Assembly: GCA_947632055.1 (NCBI GenBank)
Contig: CANRNS010000001.1
Coordinates: 2,047-66,046, forward strand
Direction of reading: 5' to 3'
DNA: 64,000 nucleotides
DNA from: an uncultured Akkermansia sp.
GTDB taxonomy: Bacteria > Verrucomicrobiota > Verrucomicrobiia > Verrucomicrobiales > Akkermansiaceae
A program made the position numbers and the translations under genes. Below are positions 38,964 through 49,119 of the stretch, piece by piece. The notes below the pieces were generated by a model, which made no database searches, had not been told where the DNA came from, and saw only the letters and a list, made by a program, of their open reading frames with translations. Positions within the stretch are counted from its first letter, which is position 1. The number at the start of each line of letters is the position of its first letter.

Positions 38964-39947
38964 TCAGGGGAGGATGGGCACGACAAAGGCGCCCCCGACT
39001 GCCAGCCACAGCGGCAGCGTGAAGAAAGAGCACAGCGTGGTGGAAAGCAGAATCTGCGTGCCCACGTTTGGTTGACCGCCGTATCGCCTCGCGAGCAACA
39101 CGGGGATTACCGCGCTCGGTATGGCGCTCTGTATGACCATGATGCGCTTGATTTCCGCCTCTACCGGAAGAAGCCATGCTACAAAAAGAATGAGCAGGGG
39201 AATGACCCCCAACCTTGCAATGAGTCCGCTGACGAGCATGCGCGGTTGCCATTTGAATTGCACCAGCATGTCCCTCATCAAACAGCCGAACAGGATGAGA
39301 CTCACCGGGGTGGCCACGGCTCCCGTCATTTCTGCGGCTTTCATGACCGGTGGCTGTGCCACATAGGCGCCGAGCCCGGTCCACACCAGAAGCAGGGATA
39401 CCACGACGGCCAACAGTGGTCCGCGCATGAAAATTCCGATGTCCATGTCCCGCATGCTGCCGCGCATGAGCGCGACCCCGAAGCTCCACACGAAGATCTC
39501 GCATCCCACGTTGTGGATGAAAAGCACGCCGAGCGTGGGATCATCCTGTACGCTGAAGAGCATCTGCACAATCGGAATGACAAAAAACGCATAATTCTGC
39601 ATCCCGGCCGTGAGCGTGAAGGTGCGTAAGCCGTTCCCGATGCGCAACCGAAGCAGGCGCGCCACCACCCATGCTGCCATTACCCCCAGCAACATCTCTG
39701 CAAAGCCGCAGCCGACGGCTCGAAGCGTAAATCCGACACTCGCAATGTCGGGGTGGGCTTCGACCACCATGTAGCGCATGATGTTGTAAAAGATGAGACA
39801 TGGGTAGGCCACATCCATCGCCAACTGCATGACCGGTTTGTCTTCTTCTGCTTTGAGCGCTCCCTTGCTGCGCAGCCAAAAACCTATTGCAAAAAATACG
39901 TAAACCGGGATGGTTGACAGAAGAGCGTGTGTCACGATACTCACCAT
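38964..39947 (-). CDS. AEC (auxin efflux carrier) family transporter
   Basis: About 10 TM helices; YPCLIF, NYAFFVIPI, QSAIPSAV and STTLCSFFTLPLW motifs. Confidence 0.88.
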   Translation of the reverse strand: MVSIVTHALLSTIPVYVFFAIGFWLRSKGALKAEEDKPVMQLAMDVAYPCLIFYNIMRYMVVEAHPDIASVGFTLRAVGCGFAEMLLGVMAAWVVARLLRLRIGNGLRTFTLTAGMQNYAFFVIPIVQMLFSVQDDPTLGVLFIHNVGCEIFVWSFGVALMRGSMRDMDIGIFMRGPLLAVVVSLLLVWTGLGAYVAQPPVMKAAEMTGAVATPVSLILFGCLMRDMLVQFKWQPRMLVSGLIARLGVIPLLILFVAWLLPVEAEIKRIMVIQSAIPSAVIPVLLARRYGGQPNVGTQILLSTTLCSFFTLPLWLAVGGAFVVPILP

Positions 39948-39992
39948 AAAACTCCTCCTCTCACTCGCTTAATTCAGACGCGGCATGCGCTC

Positions 39993-40021
39993 ATTCTATC
40001 CGTTCGCTTTCGTTCTGTCAA
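39993..40021 (-). promoter_or_regulatory. sigma70-like promoter of the AEC transporter
   Basis: TTGACA-17-TAGAAT; GAGGAGGAG RBS before the start codon. Confidence 0.7.
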
Positions 40022-40474
40022 TGCCATCCCACGCCGCATTGCCTCGACAATATAGTCACCGAAAGCTCGCCAAATACGAGAAAAGGGACTCCCTCAAATG
40101 TTTGATCCCCCAAAATGCAGGGTTCATATCAATCACATACCACTCAAAATGAGCAAACAAGCAAGAATAGAGCTGCTTTCTGTGTAGGAGCAAAAAACGC
40201 CGTCCGGCAAGAAGAAAGGGAGACGAACAATGACAGGGCGTGAAAAGCGCAAGCTCGCCAAGAAGAGTGCGTTGTTGATCGGACAGCCAGGTGGAAAGTA
40301 CACGGCGGTGCAGTTCCCGGGGCCTTATTTTTGATGCGGTAGATGACAGATAGGGTATGAAAAGCTGGGCGCATAGAATCTTCGTGGCAACGCTGGATCG
40401 TGTGCTGCTCTTTACAAAGAAGAATCAAGGAGTGGGCAAAGAGCGGCGAGAGCATGCGATGTCAAAAATAGCGC

Positions 40475-40503
40475 TTGCAAAGTGGGGGGGAGTGTGTTAC
40501 CAT
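40475..40503 (+). promoter_or_regulatory. sigma70-like promoter of rpoZ
   Basis: TTGCAA-17-TACCAT with an extended TG. Confidence 0.55.
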
Positions 40504-40540
40504 ACGCCCACTTCGCGCGGGCAACCGGAGTTTACACCCC

Positions 40541-40795
40541 ATGAAAACAGAACTTATTGAGAAAGCGAGTCGCATAGTAGGAGACAATCAATTGTTCATC
40601 AATGTTGTTTCTAAGAGAGTGCAGCAGATCAATCACGGAGCGGATCCCTATGTGCCCACAACTCCGGAGATGGGCGCCGGTGATATAGCCCTTACGGAGA
40701 TCATTGAGGGGAAGTTGCGATGGCATGCAGAGACCGAATCGAAAACGTCTTCTGATCCTTTTGAAGCATTGAGCGACGAGAAACCAGAAGCTTGA
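40541..40795 (+). CDS. rpoZ: RNA polymerase omega subunit
   Basis: LIEKAS...FINVVSKRVQQINHGADP...DIALTEIIEGK. Confidence 0.85.
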   Translation: MKTELIEKASRIVGDNQLFINVVSKRVQQINHGADPYVPTTPEMGAGDIALTEIIEGKLRWHAETESKTSSDPFEALSDEKPEA

Positions 40796-40865
40796 GTTGC
40801 TCGTTGCCTGTGCGTGCGCGGCTCAGGTTTACTTCCACCATCCAGCAGGGATTATGCCTGGGTCT

Positions 40866-41351
40866 ATGAAACCACGGACGGATGTCAAGGTGATCGCCGC
40901 CAATAAAAAGGCGGGGCGTGATTATGAGGTGTGCGAGCGTTTTGAGTGTGGGATGGAGTTGCGTGGAACCGAGGTCAAGTCGATCCGCGCCGGCAAGGTC
41001 AATGTAGCAGATGCCTTTGCTCGCGTTGAACGGGGACAGCTTTTCCTCTACGGCTGCGATATCCAACCATGGGAGACTGCCGGTAGCTGGTTTCAGCACG
41101 AAACCCGTCGTCCCCGTCGTTTGTTGGCACACAAACGCGAGATTCTGAAGATGGAGCTGCGCACTACCCAGCGTGGATTTGCTTTGCCATTGCTTCGACT
41201 GTATTGGAAGAGCGGGAAGGTGAAGGCTGAACTCGGATTGGGACGGGGCAAGACGCATCGTGATCGTCGTTATGATTTGAAAGCGCGAGCTGAGATGTTG
41301 GAAGCGCGCCGCGAAGTTGTGCGGTTCAACAAATCGGGATCGGTCCGCTGA
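40866..41351 (+). CDS. smpB: SsrA-binding protein
   Basis: NKKAGRDY, GMELRGTEVKSIR, RRLLAHKREI and GRGKTHRDRR motifs. Confidence 0.97.
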   Translation: MKPRTDVKVIAANKKAGRDYEVCERFECGMELRGTEVKSIRAGKVNVADAFARVERGQLFLYGCDIQPWETAGSWFQHETRRPRRLLAHKREILKMELRTTQRGFALPLLRLYWKSGKVKAELGLGRGKTHRDRRYDLKARAEMLEARREVVRFNKSGSVR

Positions 41352-41490
41352 GAGCCTGCTTTTTTGCTTTGTCGCTTCCCGCGCGATCATCTGGGAACAT
41401 ATATTTCATGGGCGGGGAACGTGATTATGAACTTCCTTTATATTTTTCATGGGACAGAGGTGTGTCGCGCTCAAAAAGGGGAGGCTGCGC

Positions 41491-41519
41491 TTGCCAGGGG
41501 GTAGGAATCGTGCTATGAT
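41491..41519 (+). promoter_or_regulatory. sigma70-like promoter of tyrS
   Basis: TTGCCA-17-TATGAT with an extended TG, ending 9 nt before the ATG. Confidence 0.65.
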
Positions 41520-41528
41520 GCACGGCGC

Positions 41529-42758
41529 ATGATGACATTTTACGAGGAATTGCAATGGCGCGGGCTGATCAATCAGATTTCCGATGAAAAGCTGATTGAT
41601 AAGTTGAATGCAGGGGGATTGACTTTCTATATCGGCACTGACCCGACAGCCGGTAGTTTGCATTTGGGACACTATTCAAGTTTTCTCATCACAAAGCGTT
41701 TGCAGCGTGCGGGACATCACCCCCTGCTGTTGGTGGGATTGGCTACGGGACTTATTGGCGATCCGCGCGGCACGGTAGAGCGTGAACTGCAGGAAAAGGA
41801 GCTTGTGATGAGCAACTATGAGAGCTTACGTGCCCAAGTTGAAAAAGTTTTTGGATTCGAGGTCATCAACAATTACGATTGGATTAAGGACCTGAATGTG
41901 ATTGATTTTTTCCGCAACTACGGCAAGTATATCAACGTTGGCTACATGCTCGGCAAAGACCACGTGCGACGCCAGATGGAAACGGGCATCTCGTATGCCG
42001 AGTTCTCCTACATGCTCATTCAGGCCATTGATTTCAAGCACTTGCACGAGACACGCGGCGTGGACTTACAAGTGGCCGGCAGCGACCAGTGGGGCAATAT
42101 CACCACCGGCATAGAACTCATCCGCAAAACGACCGGGGATGAAGTTTATGGTCTCACTATGCCTCTGGTGACTGATAGCCAGGGCAACAAGTTTGGCAAG
42201 AGCGAAGGGAACGCCCTTTGGCTCGATAAAGAGAAAACCAGTTCCTACAAACTTTACCAATTCCTCGTGAATACGGAGGATTCCCAAGTGATAAGCTACC
42301 TGAAACGGCTTACCTTCCTCACTCCTGAACAGATCATGGAGATTGAGGCGGATCATACTGCTCACCCGGAGCGTCGCTTGGCTCAAAAAGCCCTCGCGCG
42401 CGAGATTATCACCGATTTGCATGGAAGCGAAGAGTTTGATCATGCTGTGCAGCTGAGCGGCAAGCTTTTTGCCGGAGACTATTCGGGCATGAGCTTGCAC
42501 GATATTCGCACGGGACTACAGGGAGCCCCGCAGGTGAAACTTCCGGCGGGTGCAGGGATCGTGGATGCGCTGGCGGCGGCTGGCATCTGCGCCTCCAAAC
42601 GCGAGGCGCGTGAGTTTGTCTCCAATGGAGCGCTTTCAGTGAACGGCGCGATCGTGACAGATCCGGCCTATGCATTTGTTCCACAAAACGCTTTGCAGGG
42701 TGAGCTCTTCATTATACGCCGCGGCAAGAAAAAGTTTTATCTGGGAACATTGACATGA
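41529..42758 (+). CDS. tyrS: Tyrosine--tRNA ligase
   Basis: DPTAGSLHLGH, QVAGSDQWGNI, KFGKSEG and a C-terminal S4 domain (RRGKKK). Confidence 0.98.
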   Translation: MMTFYEELQWRGLINQISDEKLIDKLNAGGLTFYIGTDPTAGSLHLGHYSSFLITKRLQRAGHHPLLLVGLATGLIGDPRGTVERELQEKELVMSNYESLRAQVEKVFGFEVINNYDWIKDLNVIDFFRNYGKYINVGYMLGKDHVRRQMETGISYAEFSYMLIQAIDFKHLHETRGVDLQVAGSDQWGNITTGIELIRKTTGDEVYGLTMPLVTDSQGNKFGKSEGNALWLDKEKTSSYKLYQFLVNTEDSQVISYLKRLTFLTPEQIMEIEADHTAHPERRLAQKALAREIITDLHGSEEFDHAVQLSGKLFAGDYSGMSLHDIRTGLQGAPQVKLPAGAGIVDALAAAGICASKREAREFVSNGALSVNGAIVTDPAYAFVPQNALQGELFIIRRGKKKFYLGTLT

Positions 42759-43555
42759 GACGCTTCTTGTTGCTATTCTCTCTCCTGGGGTGCTTTGCCG
42801 CAGCAAAGCAGCAGCCGACCGCTCCTTTGTCGGCTGCCTCGGTGGAGCCTGTTGGTGAAGTGGAGGCGGCAGAGCAAGAGCAAAGGGCTCGCTGTGCCTT
42901 GAAGCGCGTGCACTTGTTGCGTATGTTCTTCTTGGTGCAGGCTCATCATCTCAATACACCGGAACATGATGCAGAATGTCTGGCTCTGGCGCGTCGTTTG
43001 CAGGCTCCGGCGGCGTATATAAAACTCTTGGAGGTGGAAGCTGCCGGTCCTCTTTCCGGTCGCGATCATTACGAGCACAACGAGGCTGTGAATCAGGTGA
43101 TGATTGCGTACGGAGTGGACGCACTTGCAGCGCGGCTTCTTGCAGAACGCTTGTGTTGCAATGAGCAGCAAGCCCGCGAGCTTACGGAATGGCTGCCCAT
43201 GGATTTCGTTTTTAATGTGGTGCCGAGAAGTCAACTGAGCCCGCAGGATGTTTCAGATCAGTTGGCAGCCATGCGTGAGCTCTTTGAACGCATGCAGCAG
43301 GAGTATTCCAAGGCTGTTGACCGAGAGAGTGCAGACGCTGCAGCAAATGACTTGTTGCAGGTTTTGTCATGGTTGCCGAAAAGCGCGCCGCTGCGTCTCA
43401 TCATCGGGCGGCGTCGCTCTGTTGACTTTCCCGGGTACAGTCAGATCGTTCTTCCTGCTGAACAAAAGTTAAATGAGCAGCGCAAACGCCTCATTGAAGC
43501 CGATTTCTACGGCTCAAAAAAACTGAATGCCATGGACCAGTTGCTGTGCTTGTAA
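42755..43555 (+). CDS. Hypothetical exported protein
   Basis: Signal-peptide-like N-terminus (MRRFLLLFSLLGC); ATGA overlap with tyrS. Confidence 0.7.
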   Translation: MRRFLLLFSLLGCFAAAKQQPTAPLSAASVEPVGEVEAAEQEQRARCALKRVHLLRMFFLVQAHHLNTPEHDAECLALARRLQAPAAYIKLLEVEAAGPLSGRDHYEHNEAVNQVMIAYGVDALAARLLAERLCCNEQQARELTEWLPMDFVFNVVPRSQLSPQDVSDQLAAMRELFERMQQEYSKAVDRESADAAANDLLQVLSWLPKSAPLRLIIGRRRSVDFPGYSQIVLPAEQKLNEQRKRLIEADFYGSKKLNAMDQLLCL

Positions 43556-43632
43556 GCGATTGGAAAGGGGCAGGGTACGAGGCGGGGAAGTCCCTTTTTT
43601 TGAAAAAATTAAAAAAAAGAATCAGACGTATC

Positions 43633-43661
43633 TTGAAATAGATCGAAAGGTGTGTTATACT
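43633..43661 (+). promoter_or_regulatory. sigma70-like promoter with an A/T-tract UP element
   Basis: TTGAAA-17-TATACT with an extended TG; T7-G-A6/A8 tract upstream. Confidence 0.65.
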
Positions 43662-43736
43662 TATATCAAGCCGCGGGACAGAAGCGGGATTTTGGAGCGA
43701 ATGGGCTCCGAATTTAATTAGCAAGGCAGGTGTAAT

Positions 43737-46700
43737 ATGTTAAACTCGTCACTTAATCCGGATCGAGCTACGCTCAATTTCCTCAACGCTTACACAGAAG
43801 AGGTGCGCGATGAGGGCGAAAAGTTGCAAAAAGAGGGGGCTGTGACTCAAATTTTTGGTAATCACCTCTTTATTCAGGGACGCGTGGAAACAAAAAAAGG
43901 GGTGTTCCGAACGAGCCTGCGTCTGCAGGGAAATCGTTGGTACGGTTCATGTACGGCGGAGGACGAGGAAGTTGCAGGCTCGTGTCTGGTAGCAACCATG
44001 ATAGAGCGTCTGTACCGTGGCACCAGCATGCCGGAAAGTCCGAATGAGCTCAATGAGATTCCTCTCACCGACGTGCTGGAAGAAAAACTGGGGCGCGACT
44101 TGGATGCTCGCGAGGAGGATTACGTGAATCGCCTTGAAAAACGCTACCGTCGCTTTGCCATTGAGCAGGAAATTCACGATCACGATCTCGTACGTCTCAA
44201 CCCGCGCTGGGAGATATCCGGGTATGAGGCGTTGGAACTTTGGCCGACGCCTCCGCGCAATATCTTGGAGTTTTGGAATTACATTGCCTACGCTTTCGCA
44301 AAAAAGCGCATCAGCTTCCCTACCTTCATGAGTGTCGTCACTGACCTCGGCAAGGTCCAAACGCGCATGCGCGAGTGGGAACATGAGAAAGAAATCAGCA
44401 CGTGGTACGAACGCATCCGCAGTATCAATGAGCGCCCCCCCCAGCCTCCGCGCATACACCTGCATATGCGGCTTATCTCCACCATCAATGAAGCTCACTT
44501 TGAATTTCGTCATTTGGACGCTGATGAGTGGCAGACGATACGCGAGAAGGCTCAGCTTGACGAGCTGATGGCCGGCTTTATCCGCGGTTCGTACAAGATG
44601 GACCCGCAGTCAGACATTCTGCTGAATGTGCTCAATGATTACAGCGAGCGCGAGGGTGCGGTGATGCTTGATTTGGATAAAGAAGAGGCATGTCGCGTGA
44701 TGAACAGGCTCTTCCATCAACCGGCTCTCAAAGGCTACTTGCTCAACTTGGATGATTGCTACTTCAAGGTGGTAAAAGAACCGTTGAAGTGGATATGCAT
44801 TGATGATCCCATTGTTCCGGATTGTTATGGCTTGCAGTTGGTGACTGCTGCAGGAGTGCACGTGACTCACTCTGTGCGCCAGCTGCCGGGACAAGAGGAA
44901 CTTTACCAATCGGATGAGACTGTTTTTCCCGGTCCTCCGCGCTGGATGGAAGGCACCGAGGTAGAGCCGCGTTACTCCATACCGAAGGCCGTCATCGACA
45001 GTTTGGACGGAGTGGAGTTCTTGCGCAAGATTGGCGCCACGTTGCCGCCCAGTATGGAGCAGCGCGTCGTGGATATTGAGATGATTCCAACATTCCACAT
45101 GAAGATTGCACGCGGTCTCACCAGCGTGGATACGGAACACGTGCTGCTCGAGGTTACCGCCCAGGATAAGTCCGGACGCCGCAAGGAGCGTCTCGGCAAA
45201 GACGATTGGGAGGTTCTCGAACAGGTACGCGTGAAAGACGGCACCTTGCTGCGCTTCATCCGCGACTATCTCTACCCCATTCCCTCCATGATTGAGCAGA
45301 TGGCTTTCACCTACGGCCTGCCTCGCACCAAGGAGGATGACTTGCCGGATGAAGCTGGCAGCAAATACTACACCCAGGAAATTGAAAAGTGGCTTAAAGG
45401 TGTGTACGGCAGTAAAGCGGATTTGCCTGTTGGCGTTTTCAAAACGCGGATCACAAAACAGTTCCCGGAGAAGTTTGCCGAGTGGGTCAAGACGATCCCG
45501 GACACCGTTCATGTGGAAATGGATAGGGGATTGCAGTCCCTGCTGGACGACCCCATCGCTGCTTCCATTCGTTTTGAAGTCGTGAAACAGGAGATCGACT
45601 GGTTTGATCTGCGAGTTGTTTTCGATGTGGAGGGTCTCACGCTTTCCAAGGAACAAATTCGGTCGCTCGTTGCGGCGCGTGGTGGTTACGTGCGCATGGA
45701 TGACGGTACGTGGATGCGTCTGGAGATTAAGCTCAACGAGGATGAACGCGACGCCGTGACGAAACTTGGCCTTGATCCCTATGACTTGTCCGGGGAGACC
45801 CACCGCATGCACGCTTTGCAGCTGGCTGATCCACGTGCGGCAGAGGTCTTTGATCCCCAGGCTTGGGCAAAAATCAAAGAGCGTACGGCAGAGATACAAA
45901 TTGACGTGAAGCCGGATGTCCCGAGTTCCTTGCAGGCCACGCTGCGTCCCTACCAAGTGGATGGCTTCCGTTTCCTTGCTTACCTTGCGGTGAACGGGTT
46001 TGGAGGGATCTTGGCGGATGATATGGGTTTGGGTAAAACGATTCAGTCGATCACATACATCCTCTGGCTGCGCGAGGAATGGGCGCGCAACCATTCCGGC
46101 AAAGGTAAGGGCAAGAAAATGGAGCCCACACCGCCGGTTCTCATTGTGTGTCCTAAATCAGTGTTGGATGTATGGGCCGGTGAAACGGAAAAGTTCGCGC
46201 CCGGTGTGCGTGTCATGGTGATCCGCAATAAAGATCAGGCGGATGTGAAGCATATTCTCTCTGAGGTGGACATGGTTGTCATCAACTACGCCCAGTTGCG
46301 CGTGTGCGGTGACCAGATCAACGCCATTAAATGGCTCACCGTTATTTTGGATGAGGGGCAGCAAATTAAAAACCCGGACTCCAAGGCTGCCAAAGCTGCG
46401 CGTGAAATCATCGCCTACAATCGCCTGGTGCTCTCCGGCACGCCCATTGAAAACCGCCTGTTGGATATGTGGTCGCTCATGGCTTTTGCGATGCCCGGCG
46501 TGCTCGGCAGCCGCGCTTATTTCAAAAAGCGCTTTGACAAGCGTAAGGATGCTCAGAGTCAAAATCGTCTGGCTGCGCGCCTCAAGCCATTCCTGCTGCG
46601 CCGTACCAAGCAGCAGGTGGCCAAGGATCTTCCGCCGCGCACGGAGGAAGTCGTGTTGGCTCGCATGGAGGGCATCCAGCTGCAGCTATACCGCCACGAG

Positions 46701-47465
46701 TTGCGTCAGATCCAAAAGGCGCTGCTGCGGCTTGATTCCAATGAAGAGGTGAAGAAAAATTCCTTCGCCATTCTGCAGGGACTCATGAAACTGCGCCAGA
46801 TATGCTGTCACCCGGCCTTGTTGCCCGACTTCAAGGAAATTGTAGAAAAACGAGGTCTGAAGGCTGACTTGGGAAGCGCGGAACTCAACTATCGCGATGT
46901 GAGCAGCGCCAAGCTTAATGCCCTCTTCTACCTGCTTGACCAGCTGCGCGAGGAAGGTCACAAGGTCTTGGTGTTTTCTCAATTCGTAAAAATGCTCGAC
47001 ATTATCAAGGAGCGCCTCGTGGAGGAGAATCGCACTTTCCATTACTTGACCGGACAGGTGAAGGATCGCAAGGGCGTTATCGAGAGTTTCCAGACAACGA
47101 AGGAGCCGAGCGTCTTCCTCCTTTCGCTGAAGGCGGGCGGGGCGGGGCTCAACCTCACTTCTGCTTCCTATGTCGTGCTCTACGACCCATGGTGGAATCC
47201 CGCCGTTGAGAGTCAGGCCATTGACCGTACGCACCGCATCGGACAGAAAAACAAGGTCATTGCTTATCGCCTCATCACCCGCGACTCCGTGGAAGAGAAA
47301 ATTCGTAAGTTGCAAATCCTCAAGAGTCAGCTTGTCACCAATGTTCTCGGTGATGACGGCTTTGCCTCCAGTTTGGATCTGAAGGACCTGCAGTTTATCT
47401 TGGCTCATGGCGGCGAGGATGACTCGGATGTGACCGAGGAGCCGGATGCATCGGAAGATGAGTAA
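43737..47465 (+). CDS. SNF2-family helicase-like ATPase
   Basis: LRPYQVDG, LADDMGLGKT, LDEGQ, LSGTPIEN, LRRTK, LVFSQF, LSLKAGGAGLNL and DPWWNPAVESQAIDRTHRIGQ motifs. Confidence 0.95.
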   Translation: MLNSSLNPDRATLNFLNAYTEEVRDEGEKLQKEGAVTQIFGNHLFIQGRVETKKGVFRTSLRLQGNRWYGSCTAEDEEVAGSCLVATMIERLYRGTSMPESPNELNEIPLTDVLEEKLGRDLDAREEDYVNRLEKRYRRFAIEQEIHDHDLVRLNPRWEISGYEALELWPTPPRNILEFWNYIAYAFAKKRISFPTFMSVVTDLGKVQTRMREWEHEKEISTWYERIRSINERPPQPPRIHLHMRLISTINEAHFEFRHLDADEWQTIREKAQLDELMAGFIRGSYKMDPQSDILLNVLNDYSEREGAVMLDLDKEEACRVMNRLFHQPALKGYLLNLDDCYFKVVKEPLKWICIDDPIVPDCYGLQLVTAAGVHVTHSVRQLPGQEELYQSDETVFPGPPRWMEGTEVEPRYSIPKAVIDSLDGVEFLRKIGATLPPSMEQRVVDIEMIPTFHMKIARGLTSVDTEHVLLEVTAQDKSGRRKERLGKDDWEVLEQVRVKDGTLLRFIRDYLYPIPSMIEQMAFTYGLPRTKEDDLPDEAGSKYYTQEIEKWLKGVYGSKADLPVGVFKTRITKQFPEKFAEWVKTIPDTVHVEMDRGLQSLLDDPIAASIRFEVVKQEIDWFDLRVVFDVEGLTLSKEQIRSLVAARGGYVRMDDGTWMRLEIKLNEDERDAVTKLGLDPYDLSGETHRMHALQLADPRAAEVFDPQAWAKIKERTAEIQIDVKPDVPSSLQATLRPYQVDGFRFLAYLAVNGFGGILADDMGLGKTIQSITYILWLREEWARNHSGKGKGKKMEPTPPVLIVCPKSVLDVWAGETEKFAPGVRVMVIRNKDQADVKHILSEVDMVVINYAQLRVCGDQINAIKWLTVILDEGQQIKNPDSKAAKAAREIIAYNRLVLSGTPIENRLLDMWSLMAFAMPGVLGSRAYFKKRFDKRKDAQSQNRLAARLKPFLLRRTKQQVAKDLPPRTEEVVLARMEGIQLQLYRHELRQIQKALLRLDSNEEVKKNSFAILQGLMKLRQICCHPALLPDFKEIVEKRGLKADLGSAELNYRDVSSAKLNALFYLLDQLREEGHKVLVFSQFVKMLDIIKERLVEENRTFHYLTGQVKDRKGVIESFQTTKEPSVFLLSLKAGGAGLNLTSASYVVLYDPWWNPAVESQAIDRTHRIGQKNKVIAYRLITRDSVEEKIRKLQILKSQLVTNVLGDDGFASSLDLKDLQFILAHGGEDDSDVTEEPDASEDE

Positions 47466-49119
47466 TCCGCAGCCCAGTCGGTACACCGTTTTACGCAGGC
47501 GCTTCGTGCGTGTCGTGTTCGGTGTGCAGCTGGGACTGCTCGTTGCTTGTGGGGAGAGAGAGACGAGTGCGGAGATTGCTGCACGGCAGGGGATCCTCCT
47601 TCTTGGCAACAATACGGAAATCCAGAGTTTGGATCCTCACAAGGCCGCCGCCGTGGCGGATGGCAAAGTTATTTCGTCTCTGTTGGAGGGATTGGTGCGT
47701 CCGGATGCGAGCGATTCCGGTTCAGTTTTGCCGGGCATGGCGGAGACATGGGAGTCGAGTGCTGATGCGCGGACATGGGTGTTTCACTTGCGTGCTGCGC
47801 AGTGGAGCGATGGTCACCCCGTCACGTCCCACGATTTTGCGTATGCTTACCACCGTTTGCTGCACCCCAAGTTTGGCGGGCGCTATGCTGAGATGCTCTA
47901 CCCACTCCGCGGCGCACGTGCGTTCCATCGCGGTGAAGTCAACTGGGAGCGGGTGGGGGTGCGTACGCCGGATGCTCGCACGCTTGTGCTGGAACTTGAA
48001 GCTCCCGAACCCCAATTGCTGCGCCGCTTGCTGCACTTCACCTGGTACCCGCTACCAGCCCACCAGGTCGAAAAAATGGGTGGCATGCTGGAGCGCAGCA
48101 GTTTATGGTCGCGCGTCCGCAATTGGGTGGGCAATGGCGCCTACGTTCCCCGAGAGCACCGCCTTAACGATTACCTGTGCGTGCTGCCCAATTCGCTCTA
48201 TTGGCGTGCGCGCGAGGTGCGTAACCGTGGCATTCGTTTTTTGCCCATCGTTAATGGTTATACCGAGACGCGTATGTACTTCGGCGGCAAGCTCCATATC
48301 TCCAACAACGTACCGCCGGAAATGCTCGATTATGCCCGTAGGCGCGCTCCTCGTGAGTTTTGTCGGGATGCCTATTATTGTACCATTTTTTACCGTCTCA
48401 ATACCGCGCGGACGCCGCTGAATGATGTGCGCGTTCGGCGTGCCCTTTCTTTGGCGGTGGACCGCGAGTTGCTGGTGCAGCGGGTCGTGCGTGGGGCAGG
48501 GAAAGTTGCTTGGGGCTTCACTCCCCCTACATCGGATTACGCCGGGGCGGTGGATGAGGAGGTGCAACCTATGTCCCAGACGCAGCGCGAAGAGCTGGCG
48601 CGCGATTTGTTGACCCAAGCGGGCTTCCCGAAGGGGCGTGGTTTCCCCACCCTGCAGATTATGACAACGTCGCGCGATGTGCAGCGGGTGATGGCCGAGA
48701 GCATTCAGGCCATGTGGGCTCGTGTGCTCGGTGTGCGTGTAGAGATTCGTGCGTGCGAGTGGGCCGCTTACAAGGCCGCGCAGCAAAACGGAGAGTACGA
48801 TATCTCTTCCTGTTCGTGGAGCGGCGACTTCTTGGATCCCGCTACCTTTGTCGAACTTTGGCAGACCGGCGCCGGCAACAACTGCACTGGTTGGGGAAGC
48901 CCTGCTTGCGATGCGCAGCTTGCCGCCGCCCGACAGGCAGCCGACCCGCAGCAGCGTCTGGCTCACCTGGCTGCTGCCGAGCGCGAGGTTCTGCGCGCCT
49001 GTCCCGTCATCCCGCTCTACTGGAGTGAGCGCACCTACATGAAGTCACCCTGCGTGAGTGGTTGGCACCCGCTTTTGCTGGATAATCATCCCTTGGATGC
49101 CGTGGAGGTGAAGCCATGA
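47458..49119 (+). CDS. oppA: Oligopeptide ABC transporter substrate-binding lipoprotein
   Basis: LLVAC lipobox; SLDPH, WSDGHPVTSHDF, GNGAY and VRVRRALSLAVDR motifs. Confidence 0.9.
   Translation: MSNPQPSRYTVLRRRFVRVVFGVQLGLLVACGERETSAEIAARQGILLLGNNTEIQSLDPHKAAAVADGKVISSLLEGLVRPDASDSGSVLPGMAETWESSADARTWVFHLRAAQWSDGHPVTSHDFAYAYHRLLHPKFGGRYAEMLYPLRGARAFHRGEVNWERVGVRTPDARTLVLELEAPEPQLLRRLLHFTWYPLPAHQVEKMGGMLERSSLWSRVRNWVGNGAYVPREHRLNDYLCVLPNSLYWRAREVRNRGIRFLPIVNGYTETRMYFGGKLHISNNVPPEMLDYARRRAPREFCRDAYYCTIFYRLNTARTPLNDVRVRRALSLAVDRELLVQRVVRGAGKVAWGFTPPTSDYAGAVDEEVQPMSQTQREELARDLLTQAGFPKGRGFPTLQIMTTSRDVQRVMAESIQAMWARVLGVRVEIRACEWAAYKAAQQNGEYDISSCSWSGDFLDPATFVELWQTGAGNNCTGWGSPACDAQLAAARQAADPQQRLAHLAAAEREVLRACPVIPLYWSERTYMKSPCVSGWHPLLLDNHPLDAVEVKP

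Noticed and set aside
40484-40490. G7 run in the rpoZ promoter spacer as a phase-variable tract
   Set aside because: Short, in front of a housekeeping gene, and no evidence of variability.
41352-41528. tmRNA next to smpB or a T-box before tyrS
   Set aside because: The interval is too short, shows no recognisable structure, and the tyrS promoter abuts the start codon.
43595-43620. tttttttgaaaaaa tract resembling the IR core
   Set aside because: Lacks the ATCTC/GAGAT arms; more simply an UP element for the SNF2 promoter.
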